Source: a candidate division WOR-3 bacterium (GTDB lineage: Bacteria; Hydrothermota; Tepidihabitantia; SM23-42). Taken from it: a stretch of 64,000 bases of DNA. The notes under the pieces are model-generated. The model had not been told where the DNA came from, did not search any database, and saw only the letters and a list, made by a program, of their open reading frames with translations. Both the position numbers and the translations under genes were made by a program. The DNA lies in contig CP070705.1 of assembly GCA_020349965.1 (NCBI GenBank), positions 545,934-609,933 of the forward strand. Reading direction: 5' to 3'. Positions 18,211 to 28,069 of the stretch are shown in pieces. Position 1 is the first letter of the stretch, and the number at the start of each line of letters is the position of its first letter.

Positions 18211-20358
18211 ATGAAATTGAAGCTATTGATGACCTTTATGATTTGCACGATAGGTTGGGCAAATGTGCTGAGAGTGAACGTGGCAGCACCAGCCTACACC
18301 TTTGAAGAAGATCGATTGGTCGTATGTGGCGCTGCGTACCGTAATCCGATCGGCGCGCCTGCACTTCCGTGTAGAGTGGTTACAATAGCCTTGCCGCCGG
18401 GCGCAATAGTAGAGGCGGCTGATTTCCACGGCGTATGGCGTGAAGTGGGTGAAGTGTTCGTGCCACCGTCTGAACCTTCCCTTCCTCTATCATACGGTAC
18501 TGCTGTGGAAGAACTGCTCGAGCAGTTCAGATGGGCAAACGAGCTGTATTACCATTCTAGTCAAATATATCCGGCTTCCTATGGTAGTATCATCTCGACC
18601 GGTGGATTACGCAAGTATACGTTGGTTACGGTGGCGTGTAATCATTTTGCATATAATACGATTGCCGGAATGTTGTATTGTTCAGAAAACATAACAGTTG
18701 ATATTTATTATACATTGCCGCCTCCGTCAAGTAATCGAACAATCTATTGGAACGGTTTGAACGATGATGTCACATTCGACGCGATCGCGAAAGATCTAAT
18801 CTATAATTGGAATGACGCGCAAGTCTGGTATCACACTGATGAACCTAATCGTGCGAACGGTTATTACATCATAGTACCAACGGCACTTCAAGGTGCGGTT
18901 GATGCACTCGTGCAACACCGACAGAACCAGGGATATGATGTTGAAATAGTGACGAAGGAATATATAGATGCTAATGTCTCTGGCATTGATATCCAGGCAC
19001 GATTGAGGAACTTTCTGAGGGCGAACGTGGCGGACATAGAATATGTGCTGCTCGTTGGTTTCTCGACCGATATGCCGTGGAGGAACTTGGTGCCTTTCAA
19101 TAACGACCCGAATAGCCCCTATAATCATCCTGATTACTCACCGATACCGAGCGATCTCTATTATGCCGAATTGACTGACCCGGACAGCGTGTCATGGAAC
19201 AGTGACGGTGATTCATATTACGGAGAAGTATATACAGAGAATTTTCAGCCGATGGGTGAGGATGATCCAGATTACCATGCGGATGTGCACCTTGGGCGCA
19301 TTCCGTTTAGTGACCAGAACACGATCGAAGACATTTGCGCAAAGACGATTGCTTTTGATACGGACAACGATGTCGGGTACAAAACGGCTTCTCTATTGAC
19401 CGGGGCCATTTACTATTACGCAAACGAAAACAGTACTGGCAATGCCCGCAGGGATGGCGCGGAATATTGCGAGCAATTGCTTATTGATTCGGTCCTTCCT
19501 CGTGCGAGCGCAGTGACTCTCTATGAAAAGGGAGGGCTTGATCCGTGCACGCTCTCCTGTACGGACTCGCTCACGAGGAGCAATCATGTAGTGTACTGGC
19601 AGAATAAGGGGATCATGTATGAAGCCCATCACGGCAATGTGCCGCTGTATGCGCGCAAATTGTGGGCATGGGATGACGGCGATCTTATTCCCGAAGACCC
19701 TGAGATCACCTGGCCGACATCATTCTATATCACGGATGTGTACCTCTTGGATAATGATCACCCTTCAACATGCTTTCTCCGTTCATGCCTTTGCGGAAAA
19801 CCCGAGGAGACTAGTCTGGGTGCTATGCTCTTGTATCGCGGCGGCTCCAGTGTAATCAGCAGTTCACGTATCTCATGGGGGAGCCTGGCCGACCCTGGCG
19901 GCATTCCGTACCACTTCTATAACAGGTTAATTCAGGATACAGTTGCGAGCGGTGGTATTATCGGGATTGCCTATGACGTTGCCCGAAATGATTTCATGGG
20001 CAATACCGGCTTTTGGCTGCCGGCTTACCATTACAATCTTTTCGGTGATCCAGCGCTGAGACAATTCGGGCAATTTGTCGGGATAGCGGAGAATGAAATC
20101 GAAGCCCCGCGTTTTGTTCTGAGTGTTTTCCCGAACCCATCGCGCGGTAAGATTAGGTGCAGCCTTCACTCAGACCAGGAACGGTCAATTGATTTCGACG
20201 TCTATGATGTATCAGGGCGTTTGGTAAGAAGTATTCGGTCTGACGCATCATATGGGCATAGTGTTTATGTGGACATAAGCCTTCCTTCCGGTGTATACTT
20301 TCTAATATGTAACAATGGCGCGAATGATTTTCAAGAGAAGATTGTTATTACGGAATAG
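18211..20358 (+). CDS. Secreted gingipain-like (peptidase C25 family) protein with T9SS C-terminal sorting domain
   Basis: Signal peptide, then 'YYIIVPTALQGAVDALVQHRQNQGYDVEIVTKEYI...YVLLVG' and 'YEAHHGN', which resemble the C25 catalytic-domain signatures. The C-terminal 'VYDVSGRLVRSI...GVYFLICNNG...EKIVITE' is a Por/T9SS CTD-like beta-sandwich. Confidence 0.5.
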   Translation: MKLKLLMTFMICTIGWANVLRVNVAAPAYTFEEDRLVVCGAAYRNPIGAPALPCRVVTIALPPGAIVEAADFHGVWREVGEVFVPPSEPSLPLSYGTAVEELLEQFRWANELYYHSSQIYPASYGSIISTGGLRKYTLVTVACNHFAYNTIAGMLYCSENITVDIYYTLPPPSSNRTIYWNGLNDDVTFDAIAKDLIYNWNDAQVWYHTDEPNRANGYYIIVPTALQGAVDALVQHRQNQGYDVEIVTKEYIDANVSGIDIQARLRNFLRANVADIEYVLLVGFSTDMPWRNLVPFNNDPNSPYNHPDYSPIPSDLYYAELTDPDSVSWNSDGDSYYGEVYTENFQPMGEDDPDYHADVHLGRIPFSDQNTIEDICAKTIAFDTDNDVGYKTASLLTGAIYYYANENSTGNARRDGAEYCEQLLIDSVLPRASAVTLYEKGGLDPCTLSCTDSLTRSNHVVYWQNKGIMYEAHHGNVPLYARKLWAWDDGDLIPEDPEITWPTSFYITDVYLLDNDHPSTCFLRSCLCGKPEETSLGAMLLYRGGSSVISSSRISWGSLADPGGIPYHFYNRLIQDTVASGGIIGIAYDVARNDFMGNTGFWLPAYHYNLFGDPALRQFGQFVGIAENEIEAPRFVLSVFPNPSRGKIRCSLHSDQERSIDFDVYDVSGRLVRSIRSDASYGHSVYVDISLPSGVYFLICNNGANDFQEKIVITE

Positions 20359-20393
20359 CGATGTGGAAGGCATAATCCGGAAGGTAATACAGA

Positions 20394-21002
20394 ATGGATG
20401 ATATCATCTGGGCCACGCCGCTTTACGAATTTCTATGGCAGTGTAATGCAGCTCCGTTAGACCGAAATGTTTTGGATTGCGGAGCCGGTTCGTCTGCAAA
20501 CCGCCCTCCCCCGCTTCTTCTTTTCTTCCAGCAGGGATATGTAACGTACGGTATCGAGATTACCGAGGAGGGGCTGGCGAATGCGCACCAATTCTGCATT
20601 GAGAATGATAAACCTTTGAATATCTTGCGAGGTGATATGAGGCGGATTCCGTTCGCGGCAGGAACCTTCAGTTTTGTATACTCTTACAATGCAATATTCT
20701 TCATGACCAAAGCGGACATTGCACGCGCCATGCTCGAGATAGAAAGGGTCCTAAAACGCAACGGTATATGCTTTGTGAATTTTCTGTCGGTGGATGATCC
20801 GGATAGAAGGCCATTCTGCGAAAGTTCCTTTGCACGGCGAATGCTCGGCAGCAAACAGTTCTCCCGTTTTCGTGACAATGAGGCAGACGTATATTTCGGC
20901 CATTTCGAAATTCTGCGCAAGGAGAAGCGACTTGTCGAAAAATTGTTCGATGGCAAGAGGATTAAGCAAGCGTATATAGATTATATTGCAAGGAAATGTT
21001 GA
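20394..21002 (+). CDS. Class I SAM-dependent methyltransferase
   Basis: 'VLDCGAGSS' glycine-rich motif I and a ~200-aa Rossmann-like size. Confidence 0.6.
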   Translation: MDDIIWATPLYEFLWQCNAAPLDRNVLDCGAGSSANRPPPLLLFFQQGYVTYGIEITEEGLANAHQFCIENDKPLNILRGDMRRIPFAAGTFSFVYSYNAIFFMTKADIARAMLEIERVLKRNGICFVNFLSVDDPDRRPFCESSFARRMLGSKQFSRFRDNEADVYFGHFEILRKEKRLVEKLFDGKRIKQAYIDYIARKC

Positions 21003-21059
21003 TTGCTTGTCCGCTTGGGTCGCCGATGCAAGCGATACGCTCATCACAAGGAGTAGGTT

Positions 21060-21881
21060 ATGTCAGGCAAAAGAAAATGGATTCTCTGGATCGGTGTGGC
21101 TATGGCGCTGAACGCACTTGACAGCCAAACACTGTCTGAAGGTGGACCGGCCGAGAATTCAATAACGGTCATATACAATAATGTACCAGGTGATATATCG
21201 AGTGGCCTTCAAGTCGGAGGTGGATTTAGTGCGTTCATCGTATTTGAACAGCACAATATACTTTTTGATACTGGTGGCGACACCACAATCCTATTAGGAA
21301 ACGTTAAATCATTGGGTCTCGACTCGAGAAATCTGGATGCCGTGGTGATTTCGCATAATCATTGGGATCACGTTTATGGTCTGCCAGGCGTCTATTGTAT
21401 TGGCGAGATAGTTCCGAAAGTCTATGTGCCTTGTTCTTCTAAGGACTCGGTGCTGCAGCAGAATCCGAGTTTGGATATTGTACCGGTCGATGAGCCGGCG
21501 GAGATACTGCCGCGAGTATGGCTGACCGGCGAAATGGAGACAACATATAGGGATATTACATTGTATGAGCAGGCGATGATTTTGGACGACGATGACGGTT
21601 TGTATGTTATTACCGGATGTGCTCATCCCGGGATAGTAGAAATAATTGAAAGAGTAAGAACGATTCTCCATGGAAGGCCGATCACCTTGGTCGCCGGTGG
21701 CTTTCACCTGATCAATGCTAGTGAAAAATATGTGAGAGACATATCGACGCGGCTAAAGGAATTGGGGGTCATGGCCATCGCACCTTCGCACTGTACGGGC
21801 AATCTGGCGATGGACATTTTTAGAGAGGAGTTGGGTGAGCGATGCCTTTCTCTTTACCTCGGGAACGTCCACAAATTCTGA
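21060..21881 (+). CDS. Secreted MBL-fold metallo-hydrolase
   Basis: Signal peptide plus the 'VISHNHWDHVYG' HxHxDH motif. Confidence 0.65.
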   Translation: MSGKRKWILWIGVAMALNALDSQTLSEGGPAENSITVIYNNVPGDISSGLQVGGGFSAFIVFEQHNILFDTGGDTTILLGNVKSLGLDSRNLDAVVISHNHWDHVYGLPGVYCIGEIVPKVYVPCSSKDSVLQQNPSLDIVPVDEPAEILPRVWLTGEMETTYRDITLYEQAMILDDDDGLYVITGCAHPGIVEIIERVRTILHGRPITLVAGGFHLINASEKYVRDISTRLKELGVMAIAPSHCTGNLAMDIFREELGERCLSLYLGNVHKF

Positions 21882-22000
21882 GTGCCGCATATAGTTGACA
21901 TCAAGACTTCTGCTATTATACTATAATCCGGATTAGTCAGCACAGTTTCTATTAGGAGCCATCTGTAGTTAACGTGCAGTAGCAAAAACAGGAGGTTTAT

Positions 22001-22471
22001 ATGAGGTACATTACGCTGATGTCGGTCATTATGTTGATTGGGATCATTGGGTGTACGTCTCAGCCGGCCGTTGACGTGGATGCTGAGATTACGGCGATCA
22101 ATGCACTGCTTGATGAATATGTGAAGAGCGTCGAAACCGAGGATATGGAACTCTATGCCAAACTTGTAAAACACGACACGACGATGATGAATTTCGGTGG
22201 GTTTGGCAAACCGATAATAGGATGGGATGGTTTGGTGAAGGTTATGGAAGGTCAGAACGAGTTACTTTCGGATACGAAAATAACGATGAGTGACCTGAAA
22301 ATATTCGTTTCCGGCGACGGCAAGATGGCCTGGGCCAGATGTCTGTGGATATTGACGGCGAACATGGCGGATAACCCCGTCGAATTGCCGATCCGGTGCA
22401 CATGGGCTTTTCAGAAAAATGATACAGGGTGGATGATCGTGCATTTTCACAAATCCTTACCGGCCGGTTAG
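22001..22471 (+). CDS. NTF2-like (DUF4440/SnoaL-like) lipoprotein
   Basis: 'IIGC' lipobox, a ~130-aa NTF2-like domain and a terminal 'GWMIVHFHKS'. Confidence 0.45.
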   Translation: MRYITLMSVIMLIGIIGCTSQPAVDVDAEITAINALLDEYVKSVETEDMELYAKLVKHDTTMMNFGGFGKPIIGWDGLVKVMEGQNELLSDTKITMSDLKIFVSGDGKMAWARCLWILTANMADNPVELPIRCTWAFQKNDTGWMIVHFHKSLPAG

Positions 22472-22544
22472 AAGGTAAGATCTGCATTGATCGGTAGTGG
22501 AGACTTCTACGGTTTTATTAACGAAGCAAGGTTAAAGGAGCCCA

Positions 22545-23246
22545 GTGGTTAAGGCAGTTGCAATCAATGGGAGCCCCAGGGCAGAAAAAGGCAATACTGC
22601 AATGATCATGATTCCGTTCATAGCGGGGATGAAAGATGCAGGAGCCGAGGTTGAAGCGTTCTATGCGAAACTCATTAAGATCAAACCGTGTACTGGAGAG
22701 ATGCACTGCTGGTACGAGAAACCCGGCGTATGCTACATTCAAGATGGTATGCAAAAGGTTTATCCCTCACTGAGGCGCGCTGAAATCCTCATCCTCGCAA
22801 CACCTGTTTATATCCCGCTGCCGGGCGAGATGCAAAACATCATGAACCGCCTCTGCCCTCTGGTAATTCCAAAACTCCAGACGCGGGAGGGGCGAACGAG
22901 GGCAAGATTCCGCGATGGCGTCAAAATTCGCAAGGTCGTGCTCGTTGCCACCGGTGCCTGGTATGAGAAAGAGAACTTCGATACTGTTGTCCGAATTGCC
23001 CGCGAGTTCGCTGAGGATGCAAGTATTGAATTTGCTGGTGCTGTACTCCGACCGCATGCCTTTCTGATGAAACAACAGGGAGAATTGACAAAAGATGGTG
23101 CCAGGATCCTGGAAATAGTAAGGCAGGCCGGTCGAGAACTGGTAAAGAACGGCAGGATCGCAAAGGAGACTCTGGATCTTATTGCGGGTCCTTTGGTTGA
23201 CCGAGAAGAATTGCTGCAGAGATACAACAGGGCAGTGAAGTCCTAG
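22545..23246 (+). CDS. Flavodoxin-like-fold NAD(P)H-dependent FMN reductase (iron-sulfur flavoprotein-like)
   Basis: 'MVKAVAINGSPR' N-terminus and a partial Isf-type Cys motif 'CTGEMHCW'. Confidence 0.55.
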   Translation: MVKAVAINGSPRAEKGNTAMIMIPFIAGMKDAGAEVEAFYAKLIKIKPCTGEMHCWYEKPGVCYIQDGMQKVYPSLRRAEILILATPVYIPLPGEMQNIMNRLCPLVIPKLQTREGRTRARFRDGVKIRKVVLVATGAWYEKENFDTVVRIAREFAEDASIEFAGAVLRPHAFLMKQQGELTKDGARILEIVRQAGRELVKNGRIAKETLDLIAGPLVDREELLQRYNRAVKS

Positions 23247-23334
23247 GGTGTAGAGGAGGATAGACATCCGGCGCGACAAATACAGGATCTTTTCGGAAGG
23301 CAAGATCGCCGGCCTCAGTCCAAAGAACCGGGTT

Positions 23335-24453
23335 GTGCGGTCGGCAACATGGGATGTCCCGGTCACGGTCACAAAGGAAGTGACCGATGATGTGGTCGAT
23401 TACTACCGTAAAATTACGTTGGGTGGTGCAGGGATGATCATAACCGGGGATTTTCCGGTAACGCCGGATGGTGGGCTCGGGACCGACACTTCCTTTGGTG
23501 ATGTTGCGGTCAGTGGTCTGGAAAGAATCGCCGAGGTCGTGCACAGGACCGATGACCGGTGCATGGTAATTGCCCAACTGAACACCGGATACGTTGGCAA
23601 GGCTCCATCACAGAGGCAATCGCCCTTTAGCAAGAAGCCTACTCCGGCTCTTTCTGACAAAGAAATAAAAGTCATTATTGAGTGCTTTGCGCAAGGAGTC
23701 ATCAAGGCGAAATCCCTTGGCTATGACGGTGTACAATTCCATGCTGCACACGGGACCTTGCTTTGTGACTTTCTGTCACCATATGCGAACAAGCGGGAAG
23801 ATGATTACGGGGGAACCGTTAGAAAGAGAGTGAACATAATCAGGGAGATAGTGGATCTGGCGCGGCAGGACGCTGGAGATTTTCCGATTTTCATCAAGGC
23901 AAATTGCACAGACTACATTAAAGGTGGAATCGACGCCGACTCCTTTCCCGGATTGGCATCCGAGATAGAAAATGCGGGTATTGATGCTATTGAAGTAAGT
24001 GGAGGCCGTTATGACTGTCTGGTCAGGACTGAGGAGGAATTAGGGTTCAGACCCGTGCCTGGAGCTGAATCTCATACACGAATAAACTCGGCAGACAAAC
24101 AATCGTACTTCTATCCATATACGGAGAACTTGCACCTATCCATACCGGTCATTCTTGTCGGGGGTAATAAGGATGTGGAACATCTCGAAAAATTATTCAA
24201 GAACGGCAGGGTGGATTTCATGGCAATGTGCAGACCATTGATCTGTGAACCGGACTTGCCCAATCGATGGCTTTCAGGAAAGGGAAAGAGTGTCGCGCAA
24301 TGCATATCGTGTAATTCCTGTATCTACGATATGATTATGAATTTCATCAACAAACATGCCAAGATAACAAGGTGTCTATACAAGGAAGACAAGGGAGAGT
24401 ACAAGAAAGCTCAGAAATGGCTTTCGTCCTGGGTCGCAGATCACAAAGTCTGA
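23335..24453 (+). CDS. Old Yellow Enzyme family NADH:flavin oxidoreductase; the true N-terminus probably lies upstream of the track start
   Basis: 'VQFHAAHGTLLCDFLSPYANKREDDYGG' is the OYE active-site signature, and there is a Cys-rich C-terminus. The conserved N-terminal 'IFSEGKIAGLSPKNRVV' lies in-frame upstream of the GTG at 23335, with no ATG/GTG/TTG before it. Confidence 0.7.
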   Translation: MRSATWDVPVTVTKEVTDDVVDYYRKITLGGAGMIITGDFPVTPDGGLGTDTSFGDVAVSGLERIAEVVHRTDDRCMVIAQLNTGYVGKAPSQRQSPFSKKPTPALSDKEIKVIIECFAQGVIKAKSLGYDGVQFHAAHGTLLCDFLSPYANKREDDYGGTVRKRVNIIREIVDLARQDAGDFPIFIKANCTDYIKGGIDADSFPGLASEIENAGIDAIEVSGGRYDCLVRTEEELGFRPVPGAESHTRINSADKQSYFYPYTENLHLSIPVILVGGNKDVEHLEKLFKNGRVDFMAMCRPLICEPDLPNRWLSGKGKSVAQCISCNSCIYDMIMNFINKHAKITRCLYKEDKGEYKKAQKWLSSWVADHKV

Positions 24454-24539
24454 GTGTGGCGGGGATGTCATTGCCATCATTACATATCGTCATCGCACTG
24501 ACCAGGATGAGAATTTACCGGGCTCTACTCCTTGAATAG

Positions 24540-24995
24540 ATGAAGTCAATCATCACAATGCGTTTGAGAACCGCAGGATTGATCTATATCGCATGTGATC
24601 TAATGTTTGTCATATTGGGAATGGGCGTGCCTATTCTGTGCATCATCCTGGGTTTTATCGTCGGCTGGTTTGTTGTCATCAGGTTATGGGAAGAGCACGG
24701 GCATGCTGATCTGCAAGGATTGATGCGCAGGACATTAAAGTACAGTATTCTGAGTGTGCTGGTGACCTTTGCGGTTATGCTGGTCATCTGGGGTCGTATG
24801 TTCGTATTGCTCTTTCATACCAGTACAGATTATGCGAATCTGGGTATTCCATTGATCCTGTACGATCCCAAATTGAGTTTTGTTGGTTGGCTGATTTTGA
24901 TGATTTTCATTTCACCCGGCCTTCAATTGTTGACGACGATCTTTGCCGCGTGTGTCACGATCCAGAGGAAGTTAAAATGCCGGGGCGTAAATTAG
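24540..24995 (+). CDS. Hypothetical membrane protein
   Basis: Four hydrophobic helices and no recognisable motif. Confidence 0.3.
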   Translation: MKSIITMRLRTAGLIYIACDLMFVILGMGVPILCIILGFIVGWFVVIRLWEEHGHADLQGLMRRTLKYSILSVLVTFAVMLVIWGRMFVLLFHTSTDYANLGIPLILYDPKLSFVGWLILMIFISPGLQLLTTIFAACVTIQRKLKCRGVN

Positions 24996-25164
24996 CATCT
25001 ATGGTTTGGTTTCACCCTAATTCGTAACGCTTGACTTTCTGACAAGGTTCGGAATAATAATCACCGGTGGTCGTATGCGTTCTGTGTGATCATAAAGGTA
25101 CGGAGTATTGAGATATCTTGTTCAATCATGAGATTGTGGGAACGATGATCTATAGGGGGAGCAT

Positions 25165-26778
25165 ATGAGAGTGAGTGTGATGGTTCTTAGCTTGCTGCTT
25201 CTGATCTCTGGTTACGTTCATGCCACACAATATCTTATCAGGATCGATGCCCGGGCAGGGCAGGATTTGCAGATCGTTGAGTTGATCGATGGATATGCAC
25301 TGCTCGTTGCAAATGACGAAATGTTGCAGGAATTCGGTGAAAAGAAAACTGATTACGTCATTCTTGACGAAAATCCCTCCGATAAGTTTTATCTCTTTGT
25401 TTTTCCTCTCGCTGAAGATGTAGAGAGTATTGCGCGGTTCGGTATGATCATTGATAACTATGAAGAGTGTGTTCTGATAGCGACGACACCGGATAACATA
25501 CGGCTATTGAATCGTTTACAGGTAGAGCTAGAGCAGCTGACACTCAAACCGATCGTGCGGCGGGATCTTGGGGATCTTGACTATTACGACTTCGATGATT
25601 TTCCAGTCACGAGAGATACTCTTATTGAGCAGATGCTTAATGAGGTCGATCCGGAGAATATTACGAACATAGTGTGGACCCTGCAGAATATGTACACGCG
25701 ATTCTCGATGAGCGACTCAAACAGGATAACCGCTGTGAACTATATCGACAGCATGCTCATTGCATACGGGTGCGATAGTGTTTACCGGCATAGTTTTTCA
25801 AGTTTGTACGGCGATAATGTCGTAGGTATTAGAATGGGGGAGTATTATCCGACGACACAATGCTACGTTTTGATCGGCGGGCACCTCGATGACGTCCCGG
25901 ATTACGGGTATGCACCTGGTGCCGATGATAATGCCTCGGGAGTGGCTGCAATGCTCGAGGCAGCCCGCGTAGTGAGTGACTATGATTTCGAGCGCACGAT
26001 AAGGTTTGCCGCCTTCAATGCTGAAGAACAAGGCCTGATAGGAAGCGACTACCTGGCTGCTGAGGCGAGCAGCGAGGGTGATACCATCATCGCTGCTCTT
26101 TGTTACGACATGATCGGGTATGTTACTGCTCCGCTGCTTGATACGATGCGGCTGAGGTACACGACTGCCGTACCCGGCTGTAGTCTGTTTACGTGCGATT
26201 TTTATCAGACGGTTGCAGATACTTACACTCAACTGAAAATACGTCCGGTACGCTACACGGGGACAAGCGGTTCCTCTGACCACGCGAGTTTCTGGCAGCA
26301 TGGTTATATATCAACCGGGGGCATCGAGCGCGTTCTGTGTCCAGGTTACCACACGGTCGGCGATTCCATCGGCCCGACCGGGTTCAACAATATTGAATTC
26401 GCAACTGAGGTCATTAGGACGGCAATAGCTGTGCTTGCTACAATTGCCGTTCCGATCGATTCAGGTACTGCCGTAAGTGAATTGTCGACATTTGAGAGTT
26501 CTCCCCTTTTTATTGTCAGGCCAAACCCCGGGGAAAGTTTCGATATTAGTTTTGCGATCGATAATGAATTTGAAAATGTCGATCTAGTAGTGTACGATTG
26601 CATGGGGCGTTTCGTTCAAAGGCTTGTGTCAGGGCGCTATTACCGGGGTGTTTACTCGTGCCGCTGGGATGGGAACACTACAGATGGCTCTGAAGTAACA
26701 CCCGGGGTCTATTTCTTGGCGCTAAGGTCTGAGGGCAGAACTGAAAGACGTAAGATCATATTACTCGATTGGCCATAG
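25165..26778 (+). CDS. Secreted M28-family peptidase with T9SS C-terminal sorting domain
   Basis: 'GGHLDDV...GADDNASGVAAMLEAAR' and 'FAAFNAEEQGLIGS' are the metal-binding signatures of M28. The C-terminal 'VYDCMGRFVQRLV...GVYFLALRS' is a T9SS CTD. Confidence 0.75.
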   Translation: MRVSVMVLSLLLLISGYVHATQYLIRIDARAGQDLQIVELIDGYALLVANDEMLQEFGEKKTDYVILDENPSDKFYLFVFPLAEDVESIARFGMIIDNYEECVLIATTPDNIRLLNRLQVELEQLTLKPIVRRDLGDLDYYDFDDFPVTRDTLIEQMLNEVDPENITNIVWTLQNMYTRFSMSDSNRITAVNYIDSMLIAYGCDSVYRHSFSSLYGDNVVGIRMGEYYPTTQCYVLIGGHLDDVPDYGYAPGADDNASGVAAMLEAARVVSDYDFERTIRFAAFNAEEQGLIGSDYLAAEASSEGDTIIAALCYDMIGYVTAPLLDTMRLRYTTAVPGCSLFTCDFYQTVADTYTQLKIRPVRYTGTSGSSDHASFWQHGYISTGGIERVLCPGYHTVGDSIGPTGFNNIEFATEVIRTAIAVLATIAVPIDSGTAVSELSTFESSPLFIVRPNPGESFDISFAIDNEFENVDLVVYDCMGRFVQRLVSGRYYRGVYSCRWDGNTTDGSEVTPGVYFLALRSEGRTERRKIILLDWP

Positions 26779-26794
26779 TTGAGCAATTCATTTC

Positions 26795-27568
26795 TTGATT
26801 GCCCCTCGAGGGCTTCAGGCGATGTGGGACAGCATAATAGACTGCGGGAGTAGATTACGATCCATCATTGTTTCAACAGTCGCAATGTATGCAGTCACCC
26901 ATCTGATGATTTTTGCGCTGATGCCCATTAGATTCATGGTATTCATTTTCGCTGCCGAAAATACAATTAAGAAGTTCAAAAGATTCTTTGCTGAAGTAGT
27001 CTTCGGTGTTATCGGTAAGAAGATTAGAGTTATTGGTATTGAGAAGATCAGAAATGACAGGAAATATCTTGTAATATGCAATTATCCAAGTGGCTATGTT
27101 ACGTTCGCGTTGATGAAATACTTCCCATCGATAACGTTCGTTGCCGACGATTTTCTCACTAAGTTACCGTTCATTGCTTTCTTCTTGAAGCATATTGGTG
27201 CAATATTCATAGACCAGAAAAATGCGTGGAAATCAAAGGCTGCTATTGACGAGCGGTTGAAGAATCAAGGCAGAGAGATTCAATATTTGCTGATATATCC
27301 CGAAGGAAAGCGTACTGTCAATGGTCACATAGGCAGATTCAAATATGGTTTCATATATATTCTGCGGCATAGCAACTTTGATCTGTTACCAGTGACAGCA
27401 AACGGGTTTTATCAGCTGAAACCTGTCAAGCGCCTGTATTTGGATCCTGGTGCTGAACTGGAGATGATAATCAATAGTCCCATTAAACATACCGAAATTG
27501 AAAGGATGAGCAAGATGAGAATTGCGGCAAGATCGGAGGAGTTGATAAAGAGAGCGTACAGACCGTAG
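26795..27568 (+). CDS. PlsC-family-like acyltransferase with a divergent HX4D motif
   Basis: 'IYPEGKRT' matches motif III (FPEGTR). The expected NHxSxxD motif reads 'CNYPSGY', with no His. Confidence 0.4.
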   Translation: MIAPRGLQAMWDSIIDCGSRLRSIIVSTVAMYAVTHLMIFALMPIRFMVFIFAAENTIKKFKRFFAEVVFGVIGKKIRVIGIEKIRNDRKYLVICNYPSGYVTFALMKYFPSITFVADDFLTKLPFIAFFLKHIGAIFIDQKNAWKSKAAIDERLKNQGREIQYLLIYPEGKRTVNGHIGRFKYGFIYILRHSNFDLLPVTANGFYQLKPVKRLYLDPGAELEMIINSPIKHTEIERMSKMRIAARSEELIKRAYRP

Positions 27569-27855
27569 TGGCACGGTTTGGGTTTGAGCAGGAGCTCCCG
27601 ATATAGTCTAATCCAGATTGCGTAACTGAATCCTTAATTGATTGCTGGCAAAGAGATAATATACGAAATCATAGTACGTGGCAGAGCGACCCGGTCGTTA
27701 TAATGCGGGATCAAGAATGCACCTTTTAAAGACGACGCCTGATTCTCTTGCGCAGCAAATTGTGCGGCATCATGTGAAAAAAGTGAATTATCGCAATATT
27801 CCAACTGACGATGCTCGGGGAACCGCTGCGATAATCAATAGGTTTGTGGTCTGAA

Positions 27856-28002
27856 TTACTTTTCTGTCCTTCTCCGATCCTCTCCCGACCTTCGGTCTTT
27901 GCCGCTTCTACGTTCCGGTCCTTTGTAGTTAGGATCCTGAGACTTCCTGCGTTCTTTCCCGGACCTACGTTCTTCCCCAGACCTGCGGTTCTTCTTTTCC
28001 AT
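27856..28002 (-). CDS. 48-aa arginine-rich repeat microprotein (MEKKNRRSGEERRSGKERRKSQDPNYKGPERRSGKDRRSGEDRRRTEK)
   Basis: Not in the ORF track because it is under 60 aa. It has a textbook AAAGGAGGG RBS 8 nt before the ATG and a perfect TTGACA-N18-TATAAT promoter upstream. The product contains 4 imperfect ERRSG(K/E) repeats. Confidence 0.45.
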   Translation of the reverse strand: MEKKNRRSGEERRSGKERRKSQDPNYKGPERRSGKDRRSGEDRRRTEK

Positions 28003-28069
28003 AGATTACACCCTCCTTTCAATCAACAGATGTGGCATAGATCTGCTACATTGCTTCCGTTGCCGGGCC

